Positions 23,116-36,100 of a stretch of DNA of 64,000 bases are shown piece by piece (position 1 is the stretch's first letter; the number at the start of each line of letters is the position of its first letter). This DNA is from Mustelus asterias (Eukaryota). The stretch spans positions 77,004,001 through 77,068,000 of the forward strand of contig NC_135811.1 of the NCBI RefSeq assembly GCF_964213995.1, read 5' to 3'. The position numbers and the translations under genes are program-made. The notes under the pieces were generated by a model. That model saw nothing but the letters and a program-made list of their open reading frames with translations. It did not search any database and was not told where the DNA came from.

Positions 23116-23214
23116 CTGATGATGGATACTCTCATTGATCATCTTATACCAATCCCCAATGACAGACTCTGTATCGTACTGTATGAGGTACTCTGAGCCT
23201 CTTCGGGTTTTCAA
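23116..23214 (-). CDS. arhgap27: ARHGAP27-like PH exon (LKTRRGSEYLIQYDTESVIGDWYKMINESIHHQ)
   Basis: ttttcag|TTG ... CAG|gtaggt; 99 nt, phase 0/0; GSEYLIQ motif and conserved PH Trp. Confidence 0.93.
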
Positions 23215-23367
23215 CTGAAAACAAACATAGGCACTATTACTATCCCGAGTGTTTGAAGCTGGGAAACCAGTCTGGAGGCAAGACAGGCATCACTTTGGGT
23301 CGAACACACTGATAAAGCAGGGGAAAACTTTTGGGGGTTCCCCACTCATGATCAGTGGAAATTATCT

Positions 23368-23688
23368 CATAGAATCCCTACAGTACAGAAGGAGGCTATT
23401 TGGCCCATCAAGTTTGTACAGCCCACAATCCTACTGAGGCCCTATGCCCGTAACCCCACATAATTACCCTGCTAGTCCCCCTGACACTCGGGTCAATTTT
23501 AGCATGACCAATGCACCCAATCTGCACATCTTTGGAGTATGGGAGAAAACCAGGGCACAGGAGGAAACCCACGCAGACACAGGGAGAATGTGCAAACTCC
23601 ACACCAAGTTTGACCAAGGCCAGAATCAAACCTGGGTCCCTGGTGCTGTGAGGCAGCAATGCCAACCACTGTGCCACCGTGCCACCCA
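23368..23688 (-). mobile_element. HE1-like V-SINE
   Basis: head, V-domain, tail. Confidence 0.85.
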
Positions 23689-26164
23689 TCTCGCATTGGG
23701 TTCATTCCCCACCGAACTGAACAGTCAGAAAACCATCCTCACACACAGAGAGAGAGAGTGGTCAGCTAGTTTAGACACTGGGCATCTGTGAAAGCTGTTT
23801 CCAGAACCTTCCAAAGAAATAGAGAAAAAAGCCACGGTACAGAAAACTGGGGCAATCGTGTCCTTCATCCTTCAAGCACATGGCTTAAATTAATCAGGTG
23901 GTTCTATTTATATTTCTTTGGGAGATATCTTGGTTCCGATATATGTCAAGATTTTGCATTTCGTGTCCAGAGGAGACCAGAATAAAGAAGTATGAGAGTG
24001 GACTTGCTTATCCTACAATCCCTTTAGGCAAAGCACCCAGAGAGACCAAGGTCAGTGTCAAAGTGTTGCAGCCACATCGCTAACCTGCTTTCTTTTTAAT
24101 GGAGCCTTGCAGGGAGTTTGAGACGAGACAATGTATCCTAATGACAGGAAAGAATTTGACCCACATTTCAGTATCTGAGACAGTCAGCCATGGCTAAAGA
24201 CACTAGGGGGAGGGGGGGGGGCGGGATTTCCATTCCTGTTTCTGGGGATGGAAATTCCCCCAAATGCAGAACAGCCATGATGGGGGTTGGGGGAATTCTG
24301 TGGTTGTGTGGTGGAGGGGGAAAATTCCATTGGTGGGTTGGGGGTTTGGGGGGGGGGTGCTATCCTTTGCTTTTTCCACCTGGGATGACACTTAGAGAAA
24401 AAAAATTGGTAAAGTCTGCCCGATTGCCAGCAAGGTGGGGCCAATCCTGCCTCGCTGAGTGGCGGGATCTGGGGTGACATACCACGGCCACCAGCCCATT
24501 AAGAAGCCAATGCCAGAGCTGCCACCTAATTAAGGGCAACGGTCTGTTCCTAGCTCCGCCAACACAATCAGAGCACCAGCGGCTCAGTAGCGCCACCGTA
24601 AGCTGTGGCCATTGCATAGGTTGCAGGTCCAGAGAGAAGGGACCTCAACGGCTGAGAGCTCTGAGAGATTTGAGGTAAGTTGGCACAAAGCAAGATTAGG
24701 GGGCATGTGGAAGAGATGGTGAAGTTACTGGGGGCCGTTGCTGCGAGGGCTGCCAGGGGGCCACGCATTGGGCTAGCGAATGGCCACAAAGGCGGACACC
24801 CAATCTGGAATGCCACCAGGTTTCATCGGCTGTTTCCCCATGGAGTGGCCAGACCACCCAACATGGACAAAATGCCCATGGTAGCAGGACTGGTCTCATT
24901 TGGCCTCTCAAGTGTCTCCATCAGGCAGCCGAGCTGACGATGTTCCTGCCACTGGCAAATGGCCTGGGAAGACATCGGGCTCTCCTGTCTGCATTGCCCT
25001 CTGAAGTGTTGCCAGTCCTCCTGCCTCCCAGCCCAACCCCAATGGGTCAGGATAATTCAGTTCAGATTTGTTGCTGCCACTGAGTGCAGAACAACTGGAT
25101 CAGCTGCTGCTTTGTATGGCGGGCTATCCTCTCTTCCAATTACGTCAAGGAAATAGAAAATCAAACATCTGCAGAGTGGACAGCTGATTGGCAACACGTC
25201 CATTGGCAGAGGGCGGTTCACACCTCAGTCACCACGCAGCTATGTGGCAAGTACTGTAACGCCCTTTTTTGACAGAGTGGACTAAATTTTAGGCTCGGGT
25301 GGGGCAGGGTTTCTATATCTCGGCTTAAAAGTCAGGGTTGAGCCCCATAGCAATTTTAATAGCCATCAGGCTGTTCATTGGCTTGAGGTGGAACTTCTGC
25401 TCCCAAGAGGGTTGAGAGGGAGGCAGTGCGGGTAGGGAAAACGAGGGTTGGGATGGAGTAGGAAATTTCTTGGGTGTGGCCTCTGATGGGCATAGGTTTC
25501 CGAACAGGAGACGACACCTCTGCCCAGCCACCAAGAGGTCACTTGCTGTGGAACTCCTTTCGGTGGGAACGATCTCAGTGGAGGTGGGAGATGACACCTA
25601 TTTAAGGGCCTCAACTGGCCTATGAGTAAATGGGGCTGTCTGTGCCTCCCCTACTATAAATAAAATACCCATGGGCTAGGCAAAGCACCATTGGCATGAT
25701 GCCCAACTTTACACCTGCCATCTTGTCCCGCCTCACACCAGGCAGGGGAGGGGATGCAAAATTCAACCCAGGCAAACAGATTTTCAAACTTCATCAGACC
25801 TTTACTGGAGCGAGAGAGACCATTTGAGGTTAGACCGAAGGATAGGAAGTTACTGTCTTTTTTATTTTGGAAGAGAGATTGGATTGAAACTAGTTAATTC
25901 CTCCACTGAGGGTGAAATTTTAGAAGTATACCCAAGAACTGAACCCATGATGTGTTGGACGTAGCCTGAAAAGTGGATAAAGGTTGGCAGTGTTAGACAA
26001 AGTAGTTTGCCTCCAATTTGACAGACAAAAAGAAAAATCCATTTCAATCTCTTCCTTTTCACTGTTTTTCATTTACCCATTTGTTGGGCAAATGATTAAG
26101 TGAAAACTGAGGATCATTTCTTCCCCCCCTACCCCCCCGTTAAATTAAAAGTGCACCTCCTCAC

Positions 26165-26269
26165 CTCCAACACGTTCTTTTTGCTGGACTTGTCCTTTGT
26201 TGCCCAGCCAATATTTGCTCCTTTCAGTTCGACAGTATATTCAGGTGTGAATTGGCCAGTTGCTTGTTT
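26165..26269 (-). CDS. arhgap27: ARHGAP27-like PH exon (KQATGQFTPEYTVELKGANIGWATKDKSSKKNVLE)
   Basis: tgcctag|AAA ... GAG|gtgagg; 105 nt, phase 0/0; TPEYTVEL and KDKSS.KNVLE as in ARHGAP27. Confidence 0.93.
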
Positions 26270-26867
26270 CTAGGCAAAGAGAACATTGGATAAGAAAAAG
26301 GCTGAACTTCCATCTTCTGCCGTCCTATCAATGTTTCTGGGCGACGAAATTAACCTCTCTGCAGGATGGTGCATTGCATTTCTGAGAGAGGATGTGAATC
26401 TTAACATGGTTCCATCTTACTAATTGTGTGGAATGATTGAACAAGCCCTCTGACACTCTGCCTACAGAATACTACAAGATTGTTTTATGCTTGGGTGAAT
26501 GACGCTTTGGCAGCCCACCTGCCCTTGCCACATTGACAACTTAATGCCCATTTCCTGCCCAACCTTAATTTTCAGGCTGGCGATAGAACTTCTGGGCTGG
26601 GCAAGTGGGGGGCAGCAGGGTGGGGGGGGGGGAGTGGGGGGGGTTGAAAGCCTGAAAATAAACAGGATTTAGGCCTCAGAGGGGAAGGATGTTACCCCCA
26701 TCATTTTAACATCAAGTGCCTTCCCCACCCCCCTCCCCCTGCACAAGGTCTGGCCACTGCTGGGCTCCCCCCAACCCCCCCCCCCCCCCCCCCCATCATC
26801 CTCCAGTCTCTCCACAGACACCCCAACTCTTTACCCACTCCGCTGGGCTTCACACTCCCTCCCCGCC

Positions 26868-27390
26868 GTGAGGACCGCACACTACCAGAAGGATGCGGAG
26901 GCTTTGGAGAGGATACAGAAAAGATTTACCAGGATGTTGCCTGGTATGGAGGGCATTAGCTATGAGGAGAAGTTGGAGAAACCTGGTTTGTACTCACTGG
27001 AACGACGAAGGCTGAGGGGTGACCTGATAGAGGTTTACAAGATTACGAGGGCATGGACAGAGTGGATAGTCAGAAGCTTTTTCCCAGGGTGGAAGAGTCA
27101 ATTGCTAGGGGGCATAGGTTTAAGGTGCAAGGTTTAAAGGAGATGTACGTGGCAAGTTTTTTTACACAGAGGGTGATGGGTGCCTGGAACTTGCTGCCGG
27201 GGGAGGCAGTGGAAGCAGATAAGACAGTGAGTTTTAAGAGGCGTCTTGACAAATACATGAATAGGATGGGGATAGAGGGATATGGTCCCCAGAAGGGTAG
27301 GGGGTTTTAGTTAAGTCGGGCAGCATGGTCAGTGCAGGCTTGGAGGGCTAAAGGGCCATTTCCTGTGCTGTAATTTTCTTTGTTCTATTT
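26868..27390 (+). mobile_element. CR1 LINE 3' end
   Basis: KDAEALERIQKRFTRMLPGM…LERRRLRGDLIEVYKI and 3' UTR; related minus copy 9305-9490. Confidence 0.85.
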
Positions 27391-27567
27391 ATCTGGCCCT
27401 GGACTCCCAAGGCTTTGGCTCCGGGGACTGTACGCAGTCCAAGTCCTGTCCACTGCAGCTTCTGATGCTGCAGGGATAGAGATCTGCCAACTAATCTGAT
27501 TGGAGGACAGCTCTCTGAGGCGGGACTTCCTCCTGAGTGAAGCCCAGTCTCCGCCCATTAAATTAAA

Positions 27568-27780
27568 AGCAAATCACTGTGAAGGCTGGAAATCTGAAAC
27601 AAAAGCAGAAAATGCTGGAAAAACTCAGCAGGTCTGGCAGCATCTATGGAGAGAGAAACAAAGGGAACCTTCTTATGACTTTTCATGTGAAGAAGTCTCA
27701 CAGAGTCGAAATGTTAGCTCCATTCTCTCTCCACAGATGCTGGCAGGCCTGCTGAGGTTTTCCAGCATTTTCTGGTTTGA
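27568..27780. mobile_element. Penelope-like fold-back fragment
   Basis: inverted arms cagaaaatgctggaaaaactcagcaggtctggcagcatct / agatgctggcaggcctgctgaggttttccagcattttctg. Confidence 0.55.
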
Positions 27781-28179
27781 CTCTGCCAGTTGGAGTGTGA
27801 AATGGCCGTGAGGCAGCCAGCATCAGTGGGGATGTGTTCTCCACTGACTTTTCAGAGAGCGGCAAGGGAAACACTGGATCCTATAAATCCTGTCCCATGT
27901 TACAGGTGCTCTGTAAAGGTGAGTTACTGTTGTTGGTGATCTTGATGCTGAGACTGATGATGACAATGACATTTATACATGGGTAATGAGGTGAGATCGA
28001 CAACAGCCAGCTAACCCCTTCCTACAGGTTACAGCCCAGGTGGGGAAGTTGAAAATCATCCTTATCAAACTCACTGGGCACAATTCTCCCAAAAGATTTT
28101 TAAGTGTGGTAGCCAGTGGGAAACATGCTGTGATTCTAATCGCAAACCACCCACATGTAGACATTTTTTGGGAGGTTAT

Positions 28180-28600
28180 GTAGAAACTAGAAGCAGGAGT
28201 AGGCCATTCAGCCCTTCGAGCCTGTTCCGCTATTCATTTTGATCATGGGATCCGCTCTCACTTTTCTAAACTCCAGTGAATATAATCCTAATCGACTTAG
28301 TCTCTCCTCATATGACAGACCTGCCATCCCAGGAATCAGCCTGGTAAACCTTCGCTGTACTCACTCCATAGCAAGAACATCCTTCTTCAGATAAGGACAT
28401 CTGAACTGCACACAATACTCCACGTGTCGCCTCACCAACGCCCTGTACAATTGCAGCAAAACATCCCTATCCCTATACTCAAATCCTCTCGCTATGAAGG
28501 CCAATGTACCATTTGCCTTCTTTACTGCCTGCTGTACCTGCGACTGATGCATGAAGACCCCAAGGTCTAGTCGAGTATCCACCTCTCTCAATTTACACCC
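28180..28600 (-). mobile_element. CR1 LINE 3' fragment with internal deletion
   Basis: QVQQAVKKANGTLAFIARGFEY…LYRALVR.HVEYCVQF. Confidence 0.85.
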
Positions 28601-29524
28601 AGGTTGGAGTGAATCTCACCGTGAGAATGGGACACTGTAAAAGCCAGCTCCATAGAGATTGTTTTTAAAGGTTGCCCCGATCTCAGAATAACGCTACAGA
28701 ATTCCCCCCCCCCAACCTTCTTGCAGGCAAAGATTCACCCCTCCGCCCCAGCACAATCATCAGCATTAGGCCACCCCTCCCCCCAAACACTGGTACCAGC
28801 GCCCCAGCTATGGGGTTGCCAAAGTTCCCTTCAGACCCTGCCCCTTGGCAGTGCCTGCCTGGCAGTGCCCTTTGGCACCCTGGTTGTGCCGGGGTACTGT
28901 CCAGTCATGCCCCTGACCACCCGGGGGCTACAATAGCCTCCAAACCACAATGTGGTCATTGTGTCTGCTCTCCATTTTTGGAGACAAGTGGTGATTCCCG
29001 CCGACTTCACTGGCAAGTGGAGGAATTGCAGGAGCCGGGTGAATTCGGCTGAAAGCCTATCCTGAATATTTAAATTAGAATGTAAATATGCTAATACGGT
29101 TTATGCCCAGATTCCGACACCAACCTGGGGCGGGGAGAATCTCAAAATGGGGGGGACAGATTTCTCTGGCCATTCACACTGGTGGGATTCTCTGGTCCCG
29201 CTGACAGCGCACCCCTTCCCCTGGGTTCCACGGAGGCGTGGGGGTGATACCAATGGGAAATCCCATTGACAATGATGGGATCAGAGAATCCCGCTGCCAG
29301 CAGACAGCACACCACCCGCCACCGAGAAACACGTGGCTGGGAGGCTGGAGAATTCCGCCCGCGATCTTCCCGTCACAATCCCGTTGTGGCCCCTCTCGCG
29401 AGGGTCTCCGGCCATAGCAGGATTAGGCCCGCGTGAGCGAGGCTGGAGAATCCATCCCCACCCCTTCCCTGCTATCCCCAGCAAAGATTACTGTTCAGGG
29501 ATATTCCTGATTAAGTTTTGTTAC

Positions 29525-29612
29525 CAAGCTGCCTGCAGACTGATTCTTTGGATCTTTGTAAAACGTCAGAATTCCACCTTGCAGCACAGTCCATGAAGAT
29601 CCCCAGTTTTTC
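29525..29612 (-). CDS. arhgap27: ARHGAP27-like PH exon (KNWGSSWTVLQGGILTFYKDPKNQSAGSL)
   Basis: tattttag|G ... TTG|gtaaca; 88 nt, phase 2/0. Confidence 0.93.
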
Positions 29613-29792
29613 CTAAAATAAAATATAAAGATCAATATAGTATGGGTGATATATTTGAGCGCACAATAGAAATGTGAAGTACAATTCTGATCAGGAGCAG
29701 GTGAACACACCCTTTAGGTGAGATTTCCTTTGACCCCTGGTTCAGTATATTATGAATGTTATGAATTCAGGGGAGTGCTGTTTGGGACTGCA

Positions 29793-30085
29793 AAGTTTAT
29801 TTATTATTGTCACAAGTAGGCTTACATTAACAATGCAATGAAGTTACTGTGAAAATCCCCTAGTTGCCACATTCCGGCGCCTGTTCGGGTACACTGAGGG
29901 AAAATTTAGCATGGCCAATGCACCTAACCATAATGTCTTTCGGACTGTGGGAGGAAACCAGAGCTCCTGGAGGAAACGCAGACACAGGGAGAACATGCAA
30001 ATTCCACACAGACAGTGACCCAAGCCAAGGATTGAACCCAGATCCCTGGCGCTGTGAGGCAGCAGTGCTAACCACTGTGCTGACC
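29793..30085 (-). mobile_element. V-SINE with alternative tail
   Basis: same tail as 10776 copy. Confidence 0.85.
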
Positions 30086-30091
30086 CTCCCC

Positions 30092-32225
30092 TGAGGGAGT
30101 TTGGTGAGGAGGGAGTTTGGCGATCGAGGGAGTTTGGTGATCGAGGGAGTTTGGTGAGGAGGGAGTTCGGTCAGGAGGGAACGAGGTGATCCTTTCCTTT
30201 TCTACCTTTGCCCAGAATAAAGAGCGGCAGCCTTGGTCAGTAATCATAGAAATCATAGAAACCCTACAGTACAGAAAGAGGCCATTCGGCCCATCGAACC
30301 TGGTGAGTATTTCTGCTGCCCTTAATAAACCCTAAACTAGAGGAAGTAAAAGTCAAGGGAGTAATTGAAGGGCAAGACATGGCACGGCAGCCCAGCTGTG
30401 TGGAATGCTCCTCTTGTGCGATGTGGGAAGTCAGGACACTTCCTGTGTCCTGGGTGATCATGTGTGCAGGAATTGTCTCCAGCTGCAGCTACTCAAAATC
30501 AACATTTGGGAGTTGGATCTGCAACTGGAGTCTCTGTGGAGCATGCGGCAGAATGAGACCATCATGGATAGCACTTACAGTGAGGTGGCCACACCCCAGG
30601 CAGACTGCACAGGCAGAAAGGGAGTGGTTGACTGCCAGACACAGCAAAAGCCTAGGGAAGCACTGCCAAAGTCCCCTGGGTCCATCTCCCTCTCTAGCAG
30701 GTTTTCCGTTTTGGAGACTGTTGGGAAGGGTGATTTCTCCAGGAAATGCAGGTACAGCCAGATCCACGCGCAGAACAAGAGAAAGAAAGAGTGGGAGAGC
30801 AATTGTGATAGGGGATTCTATCGTAAAGTGAATAGATAGACATTTCTGTGGCCGCAGCTGGGGATGGTATGTTGCCAAGGTCAAGGGTCACTGAGCGGCT
30901 GCAGGAGATTCTGAAGGGGGAGGGTGAACAGCCTGAGATTGTGGTCCATTTCAGTACCAATGACGTAGGTAAGAAGAGGGATGAGGTCCTGAAAGCACAA
31001 CATAGGGAACTAGCAAATCAATTAAAAAGCAGGATCTCAAAAGGTATTAATCTCAGGATTCGTCCCAGTGCCACGTGCTAGCGAGTGCAGGAATAGGAGA
31101 ATAAACCAGATGAATGTGTGGCTGGAGAGATGGTGTAGGAGGGAGAGAGATTTGTATTGCTGAGGCTGATTCTGGGGAAGATGGGACCTGTACAAGTTGC
31201 ATGAGTTGCATCCCAGCAGGACCAGGATGGGGGTATTTGCTTGTGCTGTTGGGGAAGGTTTAAACTAGAGTGACAGGGAGATGGAAAGCTGAGCGGGGAA
31301 AGGCAATAGAACAAAGAAATGACAGAAATGAAAGACAGAAAAGTAGAAAGCAAAAGTGGGAGGCAGAGGAAACAAGGGAATGCAGCAAGTAGGGCTATAG
31401 TACAAAAAAACTGTGTAAAAATGTTAAAAAGACAAGTCTAAAGATAGAGTATCTGAATGCCTGCAGAATTCACAATAAGGTAGATGAACTAACAGCACAA
31501 ATTGATATAAATGGTTACAGTATGATTGTATTTACAGAGACATAGCCAAAGGCGGACCAAGGCTTGGAACTGACTATACAGAGACACAGCTGCATGGTGA
31601 CCCATGGCTAGGAACTGACTATCCAACAGTATTCAATGCTTAGAAAGGACAAGGAAAATGAGGTAGGGTAGCGTTTTTAATTAAAGATGGGATCAGTACA
31701 ATAGTGAGGGATGATATTGGCTCAGAAAATCTAGATGTAGAATCAGTCTGGGTGGAGCTAAGAAGCAACAAGAGGTGGAAGACATTAGTGGGAGTTACCT
31801 ATAGGCCTCCGAACTGTAGTGGTAAGCCGGAAGATGGCATTAAACAGGAAATTAGAGATGTCATGTGAGGAAAGATTGGGTGGACTGGGCCTGTATTCAT
31901 GGCAATTTAGAAGAATGAGAAGGGATCTAACCAAAATGCATAAAATTCTGACAGGGCTGGAGAGACTGGATGCAGGGATAGGCCGTTTTGGACTGAGATG
32001 AGGAGGAACCTTTGCACTCAGAGGGTGGTGAATCTGTAGAATTCTCTACCGCCAAAGGCTCTGGAAGTCAAGTTTCTGAATATAATTCAGAAGGAAATAG
32101 ATTTCTAGACTGTAAAGGCATCAAGACGTATGCAGAGTGTGTAGGAGTCGGGCATTGAGGTAGAGGATCAGCCATGATTGTATTGAATGGCATGAAGGGC
32201 CGAATGGCCTACGATTTCTATGTTT
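30092..32225 (+). mobile_element. Internally deleted CR1 LINE retaining 5' UTR, ORF1 (zinc finger + SGNH esterase), start of ORF2 and 3' end
   Basis: 5' tandem gagggagtttggtga repeats; VECSSCAMW…HVCRNC; IVIGDSIV…VVHFSTNDV; VESVWVEL…YRPPN; joins EERLGGLGLYS at about 31860. Confidence 0.85.
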
Positions 32226-32659
32226 GCAACTTTCTTTGTTTTGATGTTATGTCCCTCCTGGAACAGGAAACAGGGGCAGGAAATATTTCCGGATGCCAGG
32301 CCCACTCCCAAGGGAAAACATCAACACAGAGCAAAGAAAAGAATTTCCCTCAACTCCTGCCCCTACCTACAGACATATCGACTTGAGAGCTTGGCAGCGA
32401 ACCTCTCATCTATTACTGTTGTATGATTTATGTTTTAGCTGAGGCTGCCCCAGTTGCAGCATTTCATCGGAATTCCAATTCCCTGCTCCTTCCTGAAGAA
32501 GAATGTTTAGGGTTATCCTCATCTTTGAGGTGGTGAGCGTACAATGGGAAAGGATGGGTCCCTGGAGCATTTGCCCGTGTGTGCTAAAGCATGCACAAAA
32601 TTGGAAAATCAACTTTTCGGGTGACTGTAACTTAGTGCAATTGACTGGTTCACTAAAAC

Positions 32660-32910
32660 CCAGTGCCAGGGATCCGGGTTCGATTCCCGGCTTGGGTCAC
32701 CGTGTGGAGTTTGCATGTTGTCCCCATGTCTGCGTGGGTTTCCTCCGGGTGCTCTAGTTTCCTCTCACAGTCTGAAAGACTTGCTAGTTAGGTGCGTTGG
32801 CCAAGCTAAATTCTCCCTCAATGAATCTGAACAGGTGCTAGAGTGTGGCAACTGGGGGATTTTCACAGTAATTTTATTGCAGTCATAACGTGACACTAAC
32901 AGATAAACTT
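32660..32910 (+). mobile_element. V-SINE with alternative tail (5' truncated)
   Basis: same tail as 10776 copy. Confidence 0.8.
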
Positions 32911-34226
32911 AAGAGAGTTGGAATGTGTTAATCAGCGTGGATAGGGTGCAGCTAAAGATGTGATGTTGGTGATACTCAAAGGTGGCTTTAGACAAACCAT
33001 TTAATTACCAGCATTCAATTGCCAGGAATTACAAAATGGAAACATTCTGATTACACAGAATGGAAAGTACTTGGTGGTGGGAATATTGTGTTTTAAAACC
33101 TTGAATGGAGAGAAACCAAGTACCTGTGAGCTTGACGATTCACTCTGAATAACAGCATTGTTCAATTATATTGAGGAAAAGCAGCAATTTACTGCAAGCT
33201 TTTTGTTTACTATATATTGCACGAATCAAAGTTCAGCAATAAAATATTGCACAGTAGCAATGTGGATTCAGGGATAGGTTTTATGGTTAAACATTCCCAG
33301 CACAGCGTTTGGAAACAAAGAGGGATATCTCAGCAATATAGACACAAAGGTCAGTATCCTGATTTACAGCGGACATAAATTTCCCTGCATTAAAACCAGG
33401 CCTTCCGTCCCTTTGCGAATCAAAATTACCAATATACATTTCCTATTGTGCAAGTTGTGTGTGGGGATACTGAAATGTAGAATGTTGCTGTGCGCTGATG
33501 GGCTGGATTGTCACTCTTGGAGCAGGAAACAGCAGTGCGGAATATTTCCGGATGCTAGACCCAATCCCTTGGGAAAACTGTCTCTCACTGTGGCTTTCAC
33601 GGGGACGCCTTCTTAATTGGCCTGGAGACAGGTTTGCTGTCCAATTAAGGACGTTGGTGGACCGATCAGAGGCCTTCTAGCTTGAGAGGAGCAGGAGGCT
33701 GCAATGGGAGGTAAGGAAGAGTGAGGGCACTTCAATATGGAGGCACACTGTTTCCCACTGTCTTACATCTTTAATTAAGGAAGAGATTGAACAGCCAAGG
33801 TGGAGAGTTGCAGTGCTGATTAGGGACCCTTCCACAGGATGACCTGCACTCGATTTTACTCAGTGTGCTTATCCCCTTGCCTGCTGCTGGGTGCCCAAAA
33901 CTTCCTTAATTGGTATCATTTAGGCCTTTAATGACCATGATTGGCTTCCGCCACATTCGAACAGATAGCCCTGCTGGCCTCAGATCCCACCTCCCCAAAC
34001 ATGGCCCAGAGGTGGAATGGAGCTGAGAAGTCAGCTTGCCAGATGCTGTGGCTATTTTTAGCTCCCACTGCCTCCAATCCCGGCCCCACCAGGTGACAAC
34101 ACCCAGCTCGTTATCATTCTGTCACATCAAATGCTAACTTAAGTCCAATTCATTTAGTGTTGGAGGGTTCAAGGCAATGATTCATGGGGTTGCTTGCCTT
34201 TACCATGAAACTTTACCCCAGACACA

Positions 34227-34532
34227 CAGAATCCCTACCGTGCAGAAGAAGGCCATTTGGCCCATCGAGTCTGCACCAACAACAATCCCACCCAGGCCCT
34301 ATCCCCGCAACTCCATGCATTTACCCTGACAATCCCCCTGATACTAAAGGGCAATTTAGCATGGCCAATCAGCCTAACCCGTGGGAGGAAACTGGAGCAC
34401 CAGAGGGGAACCCACACAGACATGGGGAGAACTTGCAAACTCCACGCAGACTGTCACCCGAGCCAGAATCAAACCCTGGGTCCCTGGAGCTGTGAGGCAG
34501 CAGTGCTAACCACTGCACCACTGTGCTGCCCC
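34227..34532 (-). mobile_element. HE1-like V-SINE
   Basis: head, V-domain, tail. Confidence 0.85.
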
Positions 34533-34537
34533 ACATA

Positions 34538-34792
34538 GGAACACCATCACCTGCAAGTTCCCCTCCAAGCCACACACACTATCCTGACTTGGAAATATAT
34601 CACCATTCCATCACTGTCACTGGATCAAAATCCAGGAATGCCCTGTCTACCAGCACTGTGGGGGTACCTGTGCCACATGGAGGTTCAAGAAGGTGGCTCA
34701 CCATCACTTCTGAAGAGCAATTAGCGATGGGCAGCAAATGCTGGTCTAACCAGTGACGCCCACATCCGTTGATAGAATTAACAAAAAAAAAG
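34538..34792 (+). mobile_element. LINE 3' end sharing its tail with SINE family B
   Basis: ggttcaagaaggtggctcaccatcac…gcaattagcgatgggcagcaaatgctgg; related pieces 9745-9855, 18810-19370, 54420-54728 (minus). Confidence 0.7.
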
Positions 34793-35489
34793 GTCACGGC
34801 TGGTGGACGAGGGATAGTTTATCTCTGTGGAGTTCGAACTTCAGTATGGTGGTTAAAACAATGTTTAAAGCAAGTTGCTATTTGGAAGTGTATACTTCAC
34901 TCTCCTTATGATCAGTGGGGTTAGCCAATCACACCCGCAAGGTTTCAGGTTTGAACCCTGACCTGTTGCTAAGTGGTTAATCTCTGCTGGGTTCCCAATT
35001 CCAAACAATACTTTTTACTCACTTTTGAAAGTGAAGGACATGGAATGAAGGCAGAATTGGGCTTGTCTGTGAGTACTCATATGGTCGAATAGCCAACACT
35101 CACATTTGAAGAACAGCCCGGCAGCCGAGGTAATGCTGAAGGAGCACGGTGTTTGGGGGAGGATTGGAGGGGAGAAAATTAGTGAAGATTTTTCTGAAGC
35201 AAACCTAAAAGGATCGATGAGCATTCTCTGTATTCAGCTTCTGACAAAAATCCCTGATATCCGCATTGTATCACACAACTGTAAGGTTATCCATCAACAA
35301 GCCAGTCACCTGAGGAAGACTACTTTCAACTTTACTTTCAAGGTTAAGACATCAAAAATTATGCGGTTGAAAAGAAATGGTGGGTTTTGAGATCACGGGG
35401 GAGGTGGGAACAACATGGATGGGATTCTCTCCAAAATTCCGCCCCCCCCAAACCGGACACGATGTTACAGTGGAGTGGGCAGGGCCTCA

Positions 35490-36100
35490 GATAGGAAGCA
35501 TTATGTTGCAGCTGTATAAGGTGCTGGTGAGGCCACACCTGGAGTACTGTGTACAGTTTTGGTCTCCTTACTTGAGAAAGGGCATACTGGCACTGGAGGG
35601 GATACATAGGAGATTCACTAGGTTGATTCCGGAGTTGAGAGGGTTGGCTTATGAGGAGAGACTGAGTAGACTGGGGCTATACTTATTGGAATTCAAAAGA
35701 ATGAGGGGACATCTTATAGAAACATATAAGATTATGAAGGGAATAGATAAGATAGAAGCAGGAAGGATGTTTCCACCGGCGGGTGAAACTGGAACTAGGG
35801 GCATAGCCTCAAAATAAGGGGGAAGCAGATTTAGGACTGAGTTGAGAAGGAACTTCTTCACCCAAAGGGTTGTGAATCTGTGGAATTCCCTGCCCAGTGA
35901 AGCAGTTGAGACTACCTCACTGAATGTTTTTAAGGCAAAAGATAGATTTTTGAACAGTAAAGAAATTAAGGGTTACGGTGAGCGGGTGGGTAAGTGGAGC
36001 TGAGTCCACGAAAAGATCAGCCATGATCTTATTGAATGGCGGAGCAGGCTCGAAGGGCCAGATGGCCTACTCCTGCTCCTAGTTCTTAGGTTCTTAGTTC
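35490..36100 (+). mobile_element. CR1 LINE 3' end
   Basis: LYKVLVRPHLEYCVQFWSPYL…YEERLSRLGL; tail ending gttcttaggttcttag. Confidence 0.9.

Noticed and set aside
24150-25770. GC-rich blocks with several short ORFs (also 33480-34100, 42400-43070, 61960-62650)
   Set aside because: Share MITE-type end motifs (aaaattcagccc-like) and look like decayed non-autonomous elements; boundaries not definable and no coding signal
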